From Chrysomallon squamiferum (taxonomy: Eukaryota; Animalia; Mollusca), in the NCBI GenBank assembly GCA_012295275.1, contig CM022676.1:18476001-18540000 (forward strand): DNA of 64,000 nt. The letters run 5' to 3'. The notes under the pieces were generated by a model. That model ran no database searches and was not told the DNA's origin. It was given only the letters and a program-made list of their open reading frames with translations. How positions within the stretch are numbered: position 1 is the first letter of the stretch; the number at the start of each line of letters is the position of its first letter. The translations under genes were made by a program, and so were the position numbers. Below are positions 10,505 to 24,623 of the stretch, in pieces.

Positions 10505-13500
10505 ACAGTTGTGTTAATGACACTGCGCTGTCGTGTACAGTTGTGTTAATGACACTGGGCTGTGGTGTACAGTTGTGCTAATGACACTGGGTTGTGGTGT
10601 ACAGTTGTGTTAATGACACTGGGTTGTGGTGTACAGTTGTGTTAATGACACTGGGTTGTGGTGTACAGCTGTGTTAATGACATTGGGCTGTCGTGTACAG
10701 TTGTGTTAATAAAGCTGTGTCGTCGTGTACAGTTGTGTTAATGACACTGGTCTGTCGTGTACAGTTGTGTTAATGACACTGGGCTGTCGTGTACAGTTGT
10801 GTTAATGACACTGGGTTGTGGTGTACAGCTGTGTTAATGACACTGGGCTGTCGTGTACAGTTGTGTTAATGACACTGTACTGTCGTGTACAGTTGTGTTA
10901 ATGACACTGGTCTGTCGTGTACAGTTGTGTTAATGACACTGGGTTGTGGTGTACAGCTGTGTTAATGACACTGGGCTGTCGTGTACAGTTGTGTTAATGA
11001 CAGGGGGTCGTAGTGTACAGTTGTGTTAATGACACTGTGTCGTCGTGTACAGTTGTGTTAATGACACTGGGCTGTCGTGTACAGTTGTGTTAATGACACT
11101 GGGCTGTCGTTTACAGTTGTCTGAATGCCACTGGGTCGTCGTGTACAGTTGTGTTAATGACACTGTGTCGTCGTGTACAGTTGTGTTAATGACACTTTGT
11201 CGTCGTGTACACTTGTGTTAATGACACTGTACTGTCGTGTACAGTTGTGTTAATGACACTGTACTGTCGTGTACAGTTGTGTTAATGACACCGGGCTGTC
11301 GTGTACAATTGTTGTGTAAATGACACTGTACTGTCGTGTACAGTTGTGTTAATGGCATTGGGCTGTTGTGTACAGTTGTGTTAATGACACTGGGCTGTCG
11401 TGTACAGTTGTGTTAATGACACTGTACTGTCGTGTACAGTTGTGTTAATGGCATTGGGCTGTTGTGTACAGTTGTGTTAATGACATTGGGCTGTCGTGTA
11501 CAGTTTTGTTAATGACACTGGGTCGTCGTGTACAGTTGTGTTAATGACACTGGGCTGTCGTGTACAGTTGTGTTAATGACAGTGGGCTGTCGTGTACAGT
11601 TGTGTTAATGACAGTGGGCTGTGGTGTACAGTTGTGTTAATGACACTGGGCTGTCGTGTACAGTTGTGTTAACGAAGCTGTGTCGCTGTGTACAGTTGTG
11701 TTAATGACACTGGGCTGTGGTGTACAGTTGTGTTAATGACACTGGGCACTCGTGTACAGTTGTGTTAATGACACTGTGCAGTCGTGTACAGTTGTGTTAA
11801 TAACACTGGGCTGTCGTGTACAGTTGTTGTGTTAATGACACTGTACTGTCGTGTACAGTTGTGTTAATGACACTGGGCAGTATGTACAGTTGTGTTAATG
11901 ACACTGGGCTGTCGTGTACACTTGTGTTAATGAAGCTGGGTCGTCTTGTAGTTGTGTTAATGAAACTGGGCTGTCGTGTACAGTTGTGTTAATGACACTG
12001 GGTCGTCGTGTACAGTTGTGTTAATGATACTGTGTCGTCGTGTACAGTTGTGTTAATGACACTTTGTCGTCGTGTACAGTTGTGTTAATGACACTGTACT
12101 GTCGTGTAAAGTTGTGTTAATGACACCGGGCTGTCGTGTACAATTGTTGTGTAAATGACACTGTACTGTCGTGTACAGTTGTGTTAATGACATTGTACTG
12201 TCGTGTACAGTTGTGTTAATGACACTGTACTGTCGTGTACAGTTGTGTTAATGACATTGGGCTGTCGTGTACAATTGTTGTGTTAATGACACTACTGTCG
12301 TGTACAGTTGTGTTAATGACATTGTACTGTCGTGTACAGTTGTGTTAATGACACTACTGTCGTGTACAGTTGTGTTAATGACATTGGGCTGTCGTGTACA
12401 GTTGTGTTAATGACATTGGGCTGTCGTGTACAATTGTTGTGTTAATGACACTACTGTCGTGTACAGCTGTGTTAATGACACTGTACTGTCGTGTACAGTT
12501 GTGTTAATGACACTGGTCTGTCGTGTACAGCTGTGTTAATGACACTGGGCTGTCGTGTACAGTTGTGTTAATGACACTGGGCTGTCGTGTACAGTTGTGT
12601 TAATGACACTGTACTGTGGTGTACAGTTGTGTTAATGACACTGGTCTGTCGTGTACAGTTGTGTTAATGACTCTGGGCTGTCGTGTACAGTTGTGTTAAT
12701 GACTCTGGGCTGTCGTGTACAGTTGTGTTAATGACTCTGGGCTGTCGTGTAGAGTTGTGTTAATGACACTGGGCTGTGCTGTACAGTTGTGTTAATGACA
12801 CTGTGCAGTCGTGTACAGTTGTGTTAATAACACTGGGCTGTCGTGTACAGTTGTTGTGTTAATGACACTGGGCAGTATGTACAGTTGTGTTAATGACACT
12901 GGGCTGTCGTGTACAGTTGTGTTAATGACACTGGGCTGTCGTGTACAGTTGTGTTAATGACACTGGGCTGTCGTGTACAGTTGTGTTAATGACACTGGGC
13001 TGTCGTCTACAGTTGTGTTAATGACACTGGGCTGTCGTGTACAGTTGTGTTAATGGCACTGTACTGTCGTGTACAGTTGTGTTAATGACACTGGTCTGTC
13101 GTGTACAGTTGTGTTAATGAAGCTGGGTCGTCGTGTACAGTTGTGTTAATGACACTGGGCTGTCGTGCACAGTTGTGTTAATGACACTGGGTCGTCGTGT
13201 ACAGTTGTGTTAATGACACTGGGCTGTTGTGTACAGTTGTGTTAATGACAGGGGGTCGTAGTGTACAGTTGTGTTAATGACACTGTGTCGTCGTGTTCAG
13301 TTGTGTTAATGACACTTTGTCGTCGTGTACAGTTGTGTTAATGACACTGTACTGTCGTGTACAGTTGTGTTAATGACACCGGGCTGTCGTGTACAATTGT
13401 TGTGTAAATGACAGTGTACTGTCGTGTACAGTTGTGTTAATGACATTGGGCTGTTGTGTACAGTTGTGTTAATGACACTGGGCTGTCGTGTACAGTTGTG

Positions 13501-16500
13501 TTAATGACATTGTACTGTCGTGTACAGTTGTGTTAATGACATTGGGCTGTCGTGTACAGTTTTGTTAATTACACTGGGTCGTCGTGTACAGTTGTGTTAA
13601 TGACACTGGGCTGTCGTGTACAGTTGTGTTAATGACAGTGGGCTGTCGTGTACAGTTGTGTTAATGACACTGGGCTGTCGTGTACAGTTGTGTTAATGAC
13701 ACTGGGCTGTCGTGTACAGTTGTGTTAATGACACTGGGCTGTCGTTTACAGTTGTGTTAATGACACTGGGTCGTCGTGTACACTTGTGTTAATGACACTG
13801 TGTCGACGTGTACAGTTGTGTTAATGACACTTTGTCGTCGTCTACAGTTGTGTTAATGACACTGTACTGTCGTGTACAGTTCTGTTAATGACACTGGGCA
13901 GTCGTGTACAGTTGTGTTAATGACATTGGGTCGTCCTGTACAGTTGTGTTAATGACAGGGGGTCGTAGTGTACAGTTGTGCTAATGACACTGTGTCGTCG
14001 TGTACAGTTGTGTTAATGACTCTGGGCTGTCGGGTAGAGTTGTGTTAATGACATTGGGCTGTCGTGTACTATTGTGTTAATGACACTGGGCTGTCGTGTA
14101 CAGTTGTGTTAATGACTCTGGGCTGTCGGGTAGAGTTGTGTTAATGACATTGGGCTGTCGTGTACAGTTGTGTTAATGACACTGCACTGTCGTGTACAGT
14201 TGTGTTAATGACTCTGGGCTGTCGTGTACAGTTGTGTTAATGACTCTGGGCTGTCGTGTAGAGTTGTGTTAATGACACTGGGCTGTGCTGTACAGTTGTG
14301 TTAATGACACTGGGCAGTCGTGTACAGTTGTGTTAATGACACTGTGCAGTCGTGTACAGTTGTGTTAATAACACTGGGCTGTCGTGTACAGTTGTTGTGT
14401 TAATGACACTGTACTGTCGTGTACAGTTGTGTTAATGACACTGGGCAGTATGTACAGTTGTGTTAATGACACTGGGCTGTCGTGTACAGTTGTGTTAATG
14501 ACACTGGTCTGTCGTGTACACTTGTGTTAAAGAAGCTGGGTCGTCTTGTACAGTTGTGTTAATGACACTGGGCTGTCGTGTACAGTTGTGTTAATGATAC
14601 TGGGTCGTCGTGTACAGTTGTGTTAATGACACTGGGCTGTCGTGTACAGTTGTGTTAATGACAGGGGGTCGTAGTGTACAGTTGTGTTAATGACACTGTG
14701 TCGTCGTGTACAGTTGAGTTAATGACACTGGGCTGTCGTGTACAGTTGTGTTAATGACGCTGGGCTGTCGTTTTCAGTTGTGTTAATGACACTGGGTCGT
14801 TGTGTACAGTTGTGTTAATGACACTGTGTCGTCGTGTACAGTTGTGTTAATGACACTGTCTTCGTGTACAGTTGTGTTAATGACACTGTACTGTCGTGTA
14901 CAGTTGTGTTAATGACACTGGGCTGTCGTGTACAATTGTTGTGTTAATGACACTGTACTGTCGTGTACAGTTGTGTTAATGACATTCGGCTGTCGTGTAC
15001 AGTTTTGTTAATGACACTGGGTCGTCGTGTACAGTTGTGTTAATGACACTGGGCTGTCGTGTACAGTTGTTGTGTTAATGACACTGTACAGTCGTGTACA
15101 GTTGTGTTAATGACATTGGGCTGTCGTGTACAGTTTTGTTAATGACACTGGGTCGTCGTGTACAGTTGTGTTAATGACACTGGGCTGTGGTGTACAGTTG
15201 TGTTAATGACACTGGGCAGTCGTGTACAGTTGTGTTAATAACACTGGGCTGTCGTGTACAGTTGTTGTGTTAATGACACTGTACTGTCGTGTACAGTTGT
15301 GTTAATGACATTGGGCTGTCGTGTACAGTTTTGTTAATGACACTGGGTCGTCGTGTAGAGTTGTGTTAATGACACTGGGCTGCGCTGTACAGTTGTGTTA
15401 ATGACACTGGGCAGTCGTGTACAGTTGTGTTAATGACACTGTGTAGTCGTGTACAGTTGTGTTAATAACACTGGGCTGTCGTGTACAGTTGTTGTGTTAA
15501 TGACACTGTACTGTCGTGTACAGTTGTGTTAATGACATTGGCAGTATCTACAGTTGTGTTAATGACACTGGGCTGTCGTGTACAGTTGTGTTAATGACAC
15601 TGGTCTGTCGTGTACAGTTTTGTTAATGAAGCTGGGTCGTCTTGTACAGTTGTGTTAATGACACTGGGCTGTCGTGTACAGTTGTGTTAATGACACTGGG
15701 TCGTCGTGTACAGTTGTGTTAATGACACTGGGCTGTCGTGTACAGTTGTGTTAATGACAGGGGTCGTAGTGTACAGTTGTGTTAATGACACTGTGTCGTC
15801 GTGTATAGTTGTGTTAATGACACTGGGCTGTCGTGTACAGTTGTGTTAATGACACTGGGCTGTCGTTTTCAGTTGTGTTAATGACACTGGGTCGTTGTGT
15901 ACAGTTGTGTTAATGACACTGTGTCGTCGTGTACAGTTGTGTTAATGACACTGTCTTCGTGTACAGTTGTGTTAATGACACTGTACTGTCGTGTACAGTT
16001 GTGTTAATGACACTGGGCTGTCGTGTACACTTCTGTTAATGAAGCTGGGTCGTCGTGTACAGTTGTGTTAATGACACTGGGCTGTCGTGTACAATTGTTG
16101 TGTTAATGACACTGTACTGTCGTGTACAGTTGTGTTAATGACATTGGGCTGTCGTGTACAGTTTTGTTAATGACACTGGGTCGTCGTGTACAGTTGTGTT
16201 AATGACACTGGGCTGTCGTGTACAGTTGTTGTGTTAATGACACTGTACAGTCGTGTACAGTTGTGTTAATGACATTGGGCTGTCGTGTACAGTTTTGTTA
16301 ATGACACTGGGTCGTCGTGTACAGTTGTGTTAATGACACTGGGCTGTGGTGTACAGTTGTGTTAATGACACTGGGCAGTCGTGTACAGTTGTGTTAATAA
16401 CACTGGGCTGTCGTGTACAGTTGTTGTGTTAATGACACTGTACTGTCGTGTACAGTTGTGTTAATGACATTGGGCTGTCGTGTACAGTTTTGTTAATGAC

Positions 16501-19500
16501 ACTGGGTCGTCGTGTAGAGTTGTGTTAATGACACTGGGCTGTGCTGTACAGTTGTGTTAATGACACTGGGCAGTCGTGTACAGTTGTGTTAATGACACTG
16601 TGTAGTCGTGTACAGTTGTGTTAATAACACTGGGCTGTCGTGTACAGTTGTTGTGTTAATGACACTGTACTGTCGTGTACAGTTGTGTTAATGACACTGG
16701 GCAGTATCTACAGTTGTGTTAATGACACTGGGCTGTCGTGTACAGTTGTGTTAATGACACTGGGCTGTGGTGTACAGTTTTGTTAATGAAGCTGGGTCGT
16801 CTTGTACAGTTGTGTTAATGACACTGGGCTGTCGTACAGTTGTGTTAATGACACTGGGTCGTCGTGTACAGTTGTGTTAATGACACTGGGCTGTCGTGTA
16901 CAGTTGTGTTAATGACAGGGGGTCGTAGTGTACAGTTGTGTTAATGACACTGTGTCGTCGTGTATAGTTGTGTTAATGACACTGGGCTGTCGTGTACAGT
17001 TGTGTTAATGACACTGGGCTGTCGTTTTCAGTTGTGTTAATGACACTGGGTCGTTGTGTACAGTTGTGTTAATGACACTGTGTCGTCGTGTACAGTTGTG
17101 TTAATGACACTGTCTTCGTGTACAGTTGTGTTAATGACACTGTACTGTCGTGTACAGTTGTGTTAATGACACTGGGCTGTCGTGTACACTTCTGTTAATG
17201 AAGCTGGGTCGTCTTGTACAGTTGTGTTAATGACACTGGGCTGTCGTGTACAGTTGTGTTAATGACACTGTGTAGTCGTGTACAGTTGTGTTAATAACAC
17301 TGGGCTGTCGTGTACAGTTGTTGTGTTAATGACACTGTACTGTCGTGTACAGTTGTGTTAATGACATTGGCAGTATCTACAGTTGTGTTAATGACACTGG
17401 GCTGTCGTGTACAGTTGTGTTAATGACACTGGTCTGTCGTGTACAGTTTTGTTAATGAAGCTGGGTCGTCTTGTACAGTTGTGTTAATGACACTGGGCTG
17501 TCGTGTACAGTTGTGTTAATGACACTGGGTCGTCGTGTACAGTTGTGTTAATGACACTGGGCTGTCGTACAGTTGTGTTAATGACAGGGGTCGTAGTGTA
17601 CAGTTGTGTTAATGACACTGTGTCGTCGTGTATAGTTGTGTTAATGACACTGGGCTGTCGTGTACAGTTGTGTTAATGACACTGGGCTGTCGTTTTCAGT
17701 TGTGTTAATGACACTGGGTCGTTGTGTACAGTTGTGTTAATGACACTGTGTCGTCGTGTACAGTTGTGTTAATGACACTGTCTTCGTGTACAGTTGTGTT
17801 AATGACACTGTACTGTCGTGTACAGTTGTGTTAATGACACTGGGCTGTCGTGTACACTTCTGTTAATGAAGCTGGGTCGTCGTGTACAGTTGTGTTAATG
17901 ACACTGGGCTGTCGTGTACAATTGTTGTGTTAATGACACTGTACTGTCGTGTACAGTTGTGTTAATGACATTGGGCTGTCGTGTACAGTTTTGTTAATGA
18001 CACTGGGTCGTCGTGTACAGTTGTGTTAATGACACTGGGCTGTCGTGTACAGTTGTTGTGTTAATGACACTGTACAGTCGTGTACAGTTGTGTTAATGAC
18101 ATTGGGCTGTCCTGTACAGTTTTGTTAATGACACTGGGTCGTCGTGTACAGTTGTGTTAATGACACTGGGCTGTGGTGTACAGTTGTGTTAATGACACTG
18201 GGCAGTCGTGTACAGTTGTGTTAATAACACTGGGCTGTCGTGTACAGTTGTTGTGTTAATGACACTGTACTGTCGTGTACAGTTGTGTTAATGACATTGG
18301 GCTGTCGTGTACAGTTTTGTTAATGACACTGGGTCGTCGTGTAGAGTTGTGTTAATGACACTGGGCTGTGCTGTACAGTTGTGTTAATGACACTGGGCAG
18401 TCGTGTACAGTTGTGTTAATGACACTGTGTAGTCGTGTACAGTTGTGTTAATAACACTGGGCTGTCGTGTACAGTTGTTGTGTTAATGACACTGTACTGT
18501 CGTGTACAGTTGTGTTAATGACACTGGGCAGTATCTACAGTTGTGTTAATGACACTGGGCTGTCGTGTACAGTTGTGTTAATGACACTGGGCTGTGGTGT
18601 ACAGTTTTGTTAATGAAGCTGGGTCGTCTTGTACAGTTGTGTTAATGACACTGGGCTGTCGTGTACAGTTGTGTTAATGACACTGGGTCGTCGTGTACAG
18701 TTGTGTTAATGACACTGGGCTGTCGTGTACAGTTGTGTTAATGACAGGGGGTCGTAGTGTACAGTTGTGTTAATGACACTGTGTCGTCGTGTATAGTTGT
18801 GTTAATGACACTGGGCTGTCGTGTACAGTTGTGTTAATGACACTGGGCTGTCGTTTTCAGTTGTGTTAATGACACTGGGTCGTTGTGTACAGTTGTGTTA
18901 ATGACACTGTGTCGTCGTGTACAGTTGTGTTAATGACACTGTCTTCGTGTACAGTTGTGTTAATGACACTGTACTGTCGTGTACAGTTGTGTTAATGACA
19001 CTGGGCTGTCGTGTACACTTCTGTTAATGAAGCTGGGTCGTCTTGTACAGTTGTGTTAATGACACTGGGCTGTCGTGTACAGTTGTGTTAATGACACTGG
19101 GCTGTCGTTTACAGTTGTGTTAATGACACTGTGCAGTCGTGTACAGTTGTGTTAATAACACTGGGCTGTCGTGTACAGTTGTTGTGTTAATGACACTGTA
19201 CTGTTGTGTACAGTTGTGTTAATGACACTGGGCAGTATGTACAGTTGTGTTAATGACACTGGGCTGTCGTGTACAGTTGTGTTAATGACACTGGTCTGTC
19301 GTGTACACTTGTGTTAATGAAGCAGGGTCGTCTTGTACAGTTGTGTTAATGACACTGGGCTGTCGTGTACAGTTGTGTTAATGACACTGGGTCGTCGTGT
19401 ACAGTTGTGTTAATGACACTGGGCTGTCGTGTACAGTGGTGTTAATGACAGGGGGTCGTAGTGTACAGTTGTGTTAATGACACTGTGTCGTCGTGTACAG

Positions 19501-22500
19501 TTGTGTTAATGACACTGTGTCGTCGTGTACAGTTGTGTTAATGACACTGGGCTGTCGTGTACAGTTGTGTTAATGACACTGGGCTGTCGTTTACAGTTGT
19601 GTTAATGACACTGTGTCGTCGTGTACAGTTGTGTTAATGACACTTTGTCGTCGTGTACAGTTGTGTTAATGACACTGTACTGTCGAGTACAGTTGTGTTA
19701 ATGACACTGGGCTGCCGTGTACAATTGTTGTGTTAATGACACTACTGTCGTGTACAGTTGTGTTAATGACATTGGGCTGTCGTGTACAGTTGTGTTAATG
19801 ACATTGGGCTGTCGTGTACAGTTGTGTTAATGACACTGGGCTGTCGTGTACAGTTGTGTTAATGACACTGCGCTGTCGTGTACTATTGTGTTAATGACAC
19901 TGGGCTGTCGTGTACAGTTGTGTTAATGACACTGGGCTGTCGTTTACAGTTGTGTTAATGACAGTGGGCTGTGGTGTACAGTTGTGTTAATGACACTGGG
20001 CTGTCGTGTTCAGTTGTGTTAACGAAGCTGTGTCGCTGTGTACAGTTGTGTTAATGACACTGGGCTGTGGTGTACAGTTGTGTTAATGAAGCTGGGTCGT
20101 CTTGTACAGTTGTGTTAATGACACTGGGCTGTCGTGTACAGTTGTGTTAATGACACTGGGTCGTCGTGTACAGTTGTGTTAATGACACTGGGCTGTCGTG
20201 TACAGTTGTGTTAATGACAGGGGGTCGTAGTGTACAGTTGTGTTAATGACACTGTGTCGTCGTGTACAGTTGTGTTAATGACACTGGGCTGTCGTGTACA
20301 GTTGTGTTAATGACACTGGGCTGTCGTTTACAGTTGTGTTAATGACACTGGGTCGTCGTGTACAGTTGTGTTAATGAGACTGTGTCGTCGTGTACAGTTG
20401 TGTTAATGACACTTTGTCGTCGTGTACAGTTGTGTTAATGAGACTGTACTGTCGTGTACAGTTGTGTTAATGACATTGGGCTGTCTTGTACAGTTGTGTT
20501 AATGACACTGTGTCGTCGTGTACAGTTGTGTTAATGACACTTTGTCGTCGTGTACAGTTGTGTTAATGACACTGTACAGTCGTGTACAGTTGTGTTAATG
20601 ACATTGGGCTGTCGTGTACAGTTTTGTTAATGACACTGGGTCGTCGTGTACAGTTGTGTTAATGACACTGGGCTGTGGTGTACAGTTGTGTTAATGACTC
20701 TGGGCAGTCGTGTACAGTTGTTGTGTTAATGACACTGTACTGTCGTGTACAGTTGTGTTAGTGACACTGTGCAGTATGTACAGTTGTGTTAATGACACTG
20801 GGCTGTCGTGTACAGTTGTTGTGTTAATGACACTGGTCTGTCGTGTACACTTGTGTTAATGAAGCTGGGTCCTCTTGTACAGTTGTGTTGATGACTCTGG
20901 GATGTCGTGTACAGTTGTGTTAATGACACTGGGTCGTCGTGTACAGTTGTGTTAATGACACTGGGCTGTCGTTTACAGTTGTGTTAATGACAGGGGGTCG
21001 TAGTGTACAGTTGTGTTAATGACACTGTGTCGTCGTGTACAGTTGTGTTGATGACACTGGGCTGTCGTGTACAGTTGTGTTAATGACACTGGGCTGTCGT
21101 TTACAGTTGTGTTAATGACACTGGGTCGTCGTGTACAGTTGTGTTAATGACACTGTGTCGTCGTGTACAGTTGTGTTAATGACACTTTGTCGTCGTGTAG
21201 AGTTGTGTTAATGACACTACTGTCGTGTACAGTTGTGTTAATGACACTGGGCTGTGGTGTACAGTTGTGTTAATGACATTGGGCTGTCGTGTACAGTTGT
21301 GTTAATGACACTGGGCTGTCGTGTACAGTTGTGTTAATGACACTGGGCTGTCGTGTACAGTTGTGTTAATGACACTGGGCTGTCGTGTACAGTTGTGTTA
21401 ATGACACTGGGCTGTCGTCGTACAGTTGTGTTAATGACAGTGGCCTGTGGTGTACAGTTGTGTTAATGACACTGGGCTGTCGTGTTCAGTTGTGTTAACG
21501 AAGCTGTGTCGCTGTGTACAGTTGTGTTAATGACACTGGGCTGTGGTGTACAGTTGTGTTAATGAAGCTGGGTCGTCGTGTACAGTTGTGTTAATGACAC
21601 TGGGCTGTCGTGTACAGTTGTGTTAATGACACTGGGTCGTCGTGTACAGTTGTGTTAATGACACTGGGCTGTCGTGTACAGTTGTGTTAATGACAGGGGG
21701 TCGTAGTGTACAGTTGTGTTAATGACACTGTGTCGTCGTGTACAGTTGTGTTAATGACACTGGGCTGTCGTGTACAGTTGTGTTAATGACACTGGGCTGT
21801 CGTTTACAGTTGTGTTAATGACACTGGGTCGTCGTGTACAGTTGTGTTAATGACACTGTGTCGTCGTGTACAGTTGTGTTAATGACACTTTGTCGTCGTG
21901 TACAGTTGTGTTAATGACACTGTACTGTCGTGTACAGTTGTGTTAATGACACTGGGCTGTCGTGTACAGTTGTGTTAATGACACTGGGCTGTCGTGTACA
22001 GTTGTGTTAATGACACTGGGCTGTCGTGTACAGTTGTGTTAATGACACTGGGCTGTCGTGTACAGTTGTGTTAATGACACTGGGCTGTCGTGTACAGTTG
22101 TGTTAATGATACTGGGCTGTCGTGTACAGTTGTGTTAATGACACTGGGCTGTCGTGTACAGTTGTGTTAATGACACTGGGCTGTCGTGTACAGTTGTGTT
22201 AATGACAGTGGGCTGTGGTGTACAGTTGTGTTAATGACACTGGGCTGTCGTGTTCAGTTGTGTTAACGAAGCTGTGTCGCTGTGTACAGTTGTGTTAATG
22301 ACACTGGGCTGTGGTGTACAGTTGTGTTAATGACACTGGGCAGTCGTGTACAGTTGTGTTAATGACACTGGGCTGTCGTGTACAGTTTTATTAATGAAGC
22401 TGTGTCGTCGTGTACAGTTGTGTTAATGACACTGGGCTGTCGTGTACAGTTGTGTTAATGACATTGGGTCGTCCTGTACAGTTGTGTTAATGACAGGGGG

Positions 22501-22699
22501 TCGTAGTGTACAGTTGTGTTAATGACACTGTGTCGTCGTGTACAGTTGTGTTAATGACACTGGGCTGTCGTGTACAGTTGTGTTAATGACTCTGGGCTGT
22601 CGGGTAGAGTTGTGTTAATGACATTGGGCTGTCGTGTACAGTTGTGTTAATGACACTGGACTGTCGTGTACAGTTGTGTTAATGACTCTGGGCTGTCGT
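10505..22699. repeat. Intronic 32-bp tandem satellite, ~380 monomers, with higher-order blocks
   Basis: Consensus GTACAGTTGTGTTAATGACACTGGGCTGTCGT (period 32, e.g. 12911 to 12943); near-constant ~22-bp core and a variable ~10-bp part. Confidence 0.98.
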
Positions 22700-23728
22700 T
22701 GTCAATGTTAGTGAATTTTACACCACGCATCTTAAATGTGTTGATTAATTAACACCACTTTCTCTTAAGTGAGAAAACTGATCCTTGCTGATCCAGAATG
22801 TGCTATACTAAACATGTATAACCATATTCTGAAATGGTGATCTCAGTAGGGGATGTTTTTGATGTGATATTTGCTGCTTTCAATGTCCAATCGTGACCAC
22901 ACAGATTTCTTTAAGAGAGTGAGCGAATGCGTACATCACTCTTTGGATCCCGTTTTTCTATTCAGACAATGGAACACTGTCAAATTTACATTTTTCTTTT
23001 TCTTTTGATATCTTTCCAGTTAAGAGTAAGTGTGTGTATGTCAGTATATGTAGGCATGCCACGGACCATCTTCCTAACAAAGAGTGTCTGCCTATGAGTC
23101 TGTATGTGGTGTATTTATATATGTGATGCGTTTATGTATGTTTATGTGTATGCATGTATGTAAGTCAGCTGTCCATTTTTTTGTGTTTGTACGTGTGGGT
23201 ATATTTTGTGTGTGTTTGTGTGTATACATATATGTCTATGTGTGATGTGTGCATTTCTTTGTGTTTGTGTGTGATATGTATATGACATCTATCTGTACGC
23301 CCCTTTGTGTCGTGTTTTCATATAGAAAGATTGAACTGTATAAGAAAGCAAAATCACATAAAATAGAAAGAGTGTCTGTTCAGTAGTCATCGTGAAGAAT
23401 GATCGGCTATAATTATTTCATGTAACGCCTTTCATATTAATGTCGTACATATAAATAATGAGGATACATCGAGTTAGTTGTTTTATAGCATTTTCTTTAT
23501 GTATGTGCACGTAAATATGTTAATGTGTGGGTTTGTTTGTGTTATTATCCAAGAATCCATAAGTTACATTATTCAGTAATTTCCTTTTAATTAACTATTA
23601 TTTACTTTTATATAGTTATTTATTTTGTTAAATATATTCTTTTTCTCTCATTTTCTTATGTATGTCTTATTTTAACGTATTAGTCAATAACTGTATTGCT
23701 CTTCTTCTTATTTTTACGATTATTATTA

Positions 23729-23774
<46 letters not shown>

Positions 23775-23873
23775 TACAGAGAAATCATTTAACTTTGAAT
23801 TATGAGAAGTCTGTAAATGTTATTATTAAAACTGTAAAGTTACCTCTTAGAACGTGTCTCTTTCAAATCACAG

Positions 23874-23926
23874 GAACGTTTCTGAACCGCGGTCTAGAAC
23901 GTACGACAATCTTGTTTTTGATCCTG
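23874..23926 (+). CDS. Receptor exon: cytoplasmic tail 2 (YDNL)
   Basis: tcacag| phase 2 matches 10096; RNVSEPRSRTYDNLVFDP; strong |gtaagt donor, phase 1. Confidence 0.75.
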
Positions 23927-24454
23927 GTAAGTGCAATATTTTCTAAATGTTTATGTGAAGACTTACTTTAATGAAAGCGGTTTAAATTCTGATCGTTCAA
24001 TACATATTAAGACGTCTGTGGTGTCCATCAGGAAAGAATGAATGAAGCTACGAAAGAAAGTGATGAATGGAGAAGAAAAGAAAGGAATATGAAAGAGAAA
24101 GGTGAAAAGTAATAATGAAATATTAATAATATAAAAAAAGTACTGATTTAGATGCTGGGCTAAGAACGTGTGAGTTATTTTGCATAACGTTAATGAGATA
24201 ACATAACTAATTTATATGTTCTCCTCAGATACCCAAAGTTTAATATTTGTCTGTGATAAATACAGTGTTTATAAATTAATATTTGTGCAGTATGGCAGCT
24301 TCTTTTATAAGCACCATAAACCAATTTCTATCTTTATAGCTGTGTAAATTAGAATCTGGTGAAGTTAGGCTGTATATCGCGTTTGACATTGTTTTCTCTG
24401 TGTCACTCCTTTTTTATTTTTATTATTTTTTATTTTTTAATGTGCATGTATGTA

Positions 24455-24506
<52 letters not shown>

Positions 24507-24623
24507 ACTTTATTTAATAATCTGTTGTTGTTTTTTGTTACTTCTACGTTTAATTGTTAATGTATGACTTACTCTTTTTGAAACGAAACATAAATATGTA
24601 TGTGTTTTTATTATGTCTTGTAG

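Noticed and set aside
10505-22699. CRISPR-like look (constant repeat + variable segment)
   Set aside because: The variable parts are only ~10 bp, are related to each other and recur many times; there are no cas genes or leader, and the context is a eukaryotic intron. It is a satellite.
10505-22699. Repetitive protein coding or a Dscam-like cassette-exon array
   Set aside because: Every monomer has TAA/TGA on + and TAA on -, and the 32-bp period shifts frame, so all frames close within a few monomers. There are no polypyrimidine tracts.
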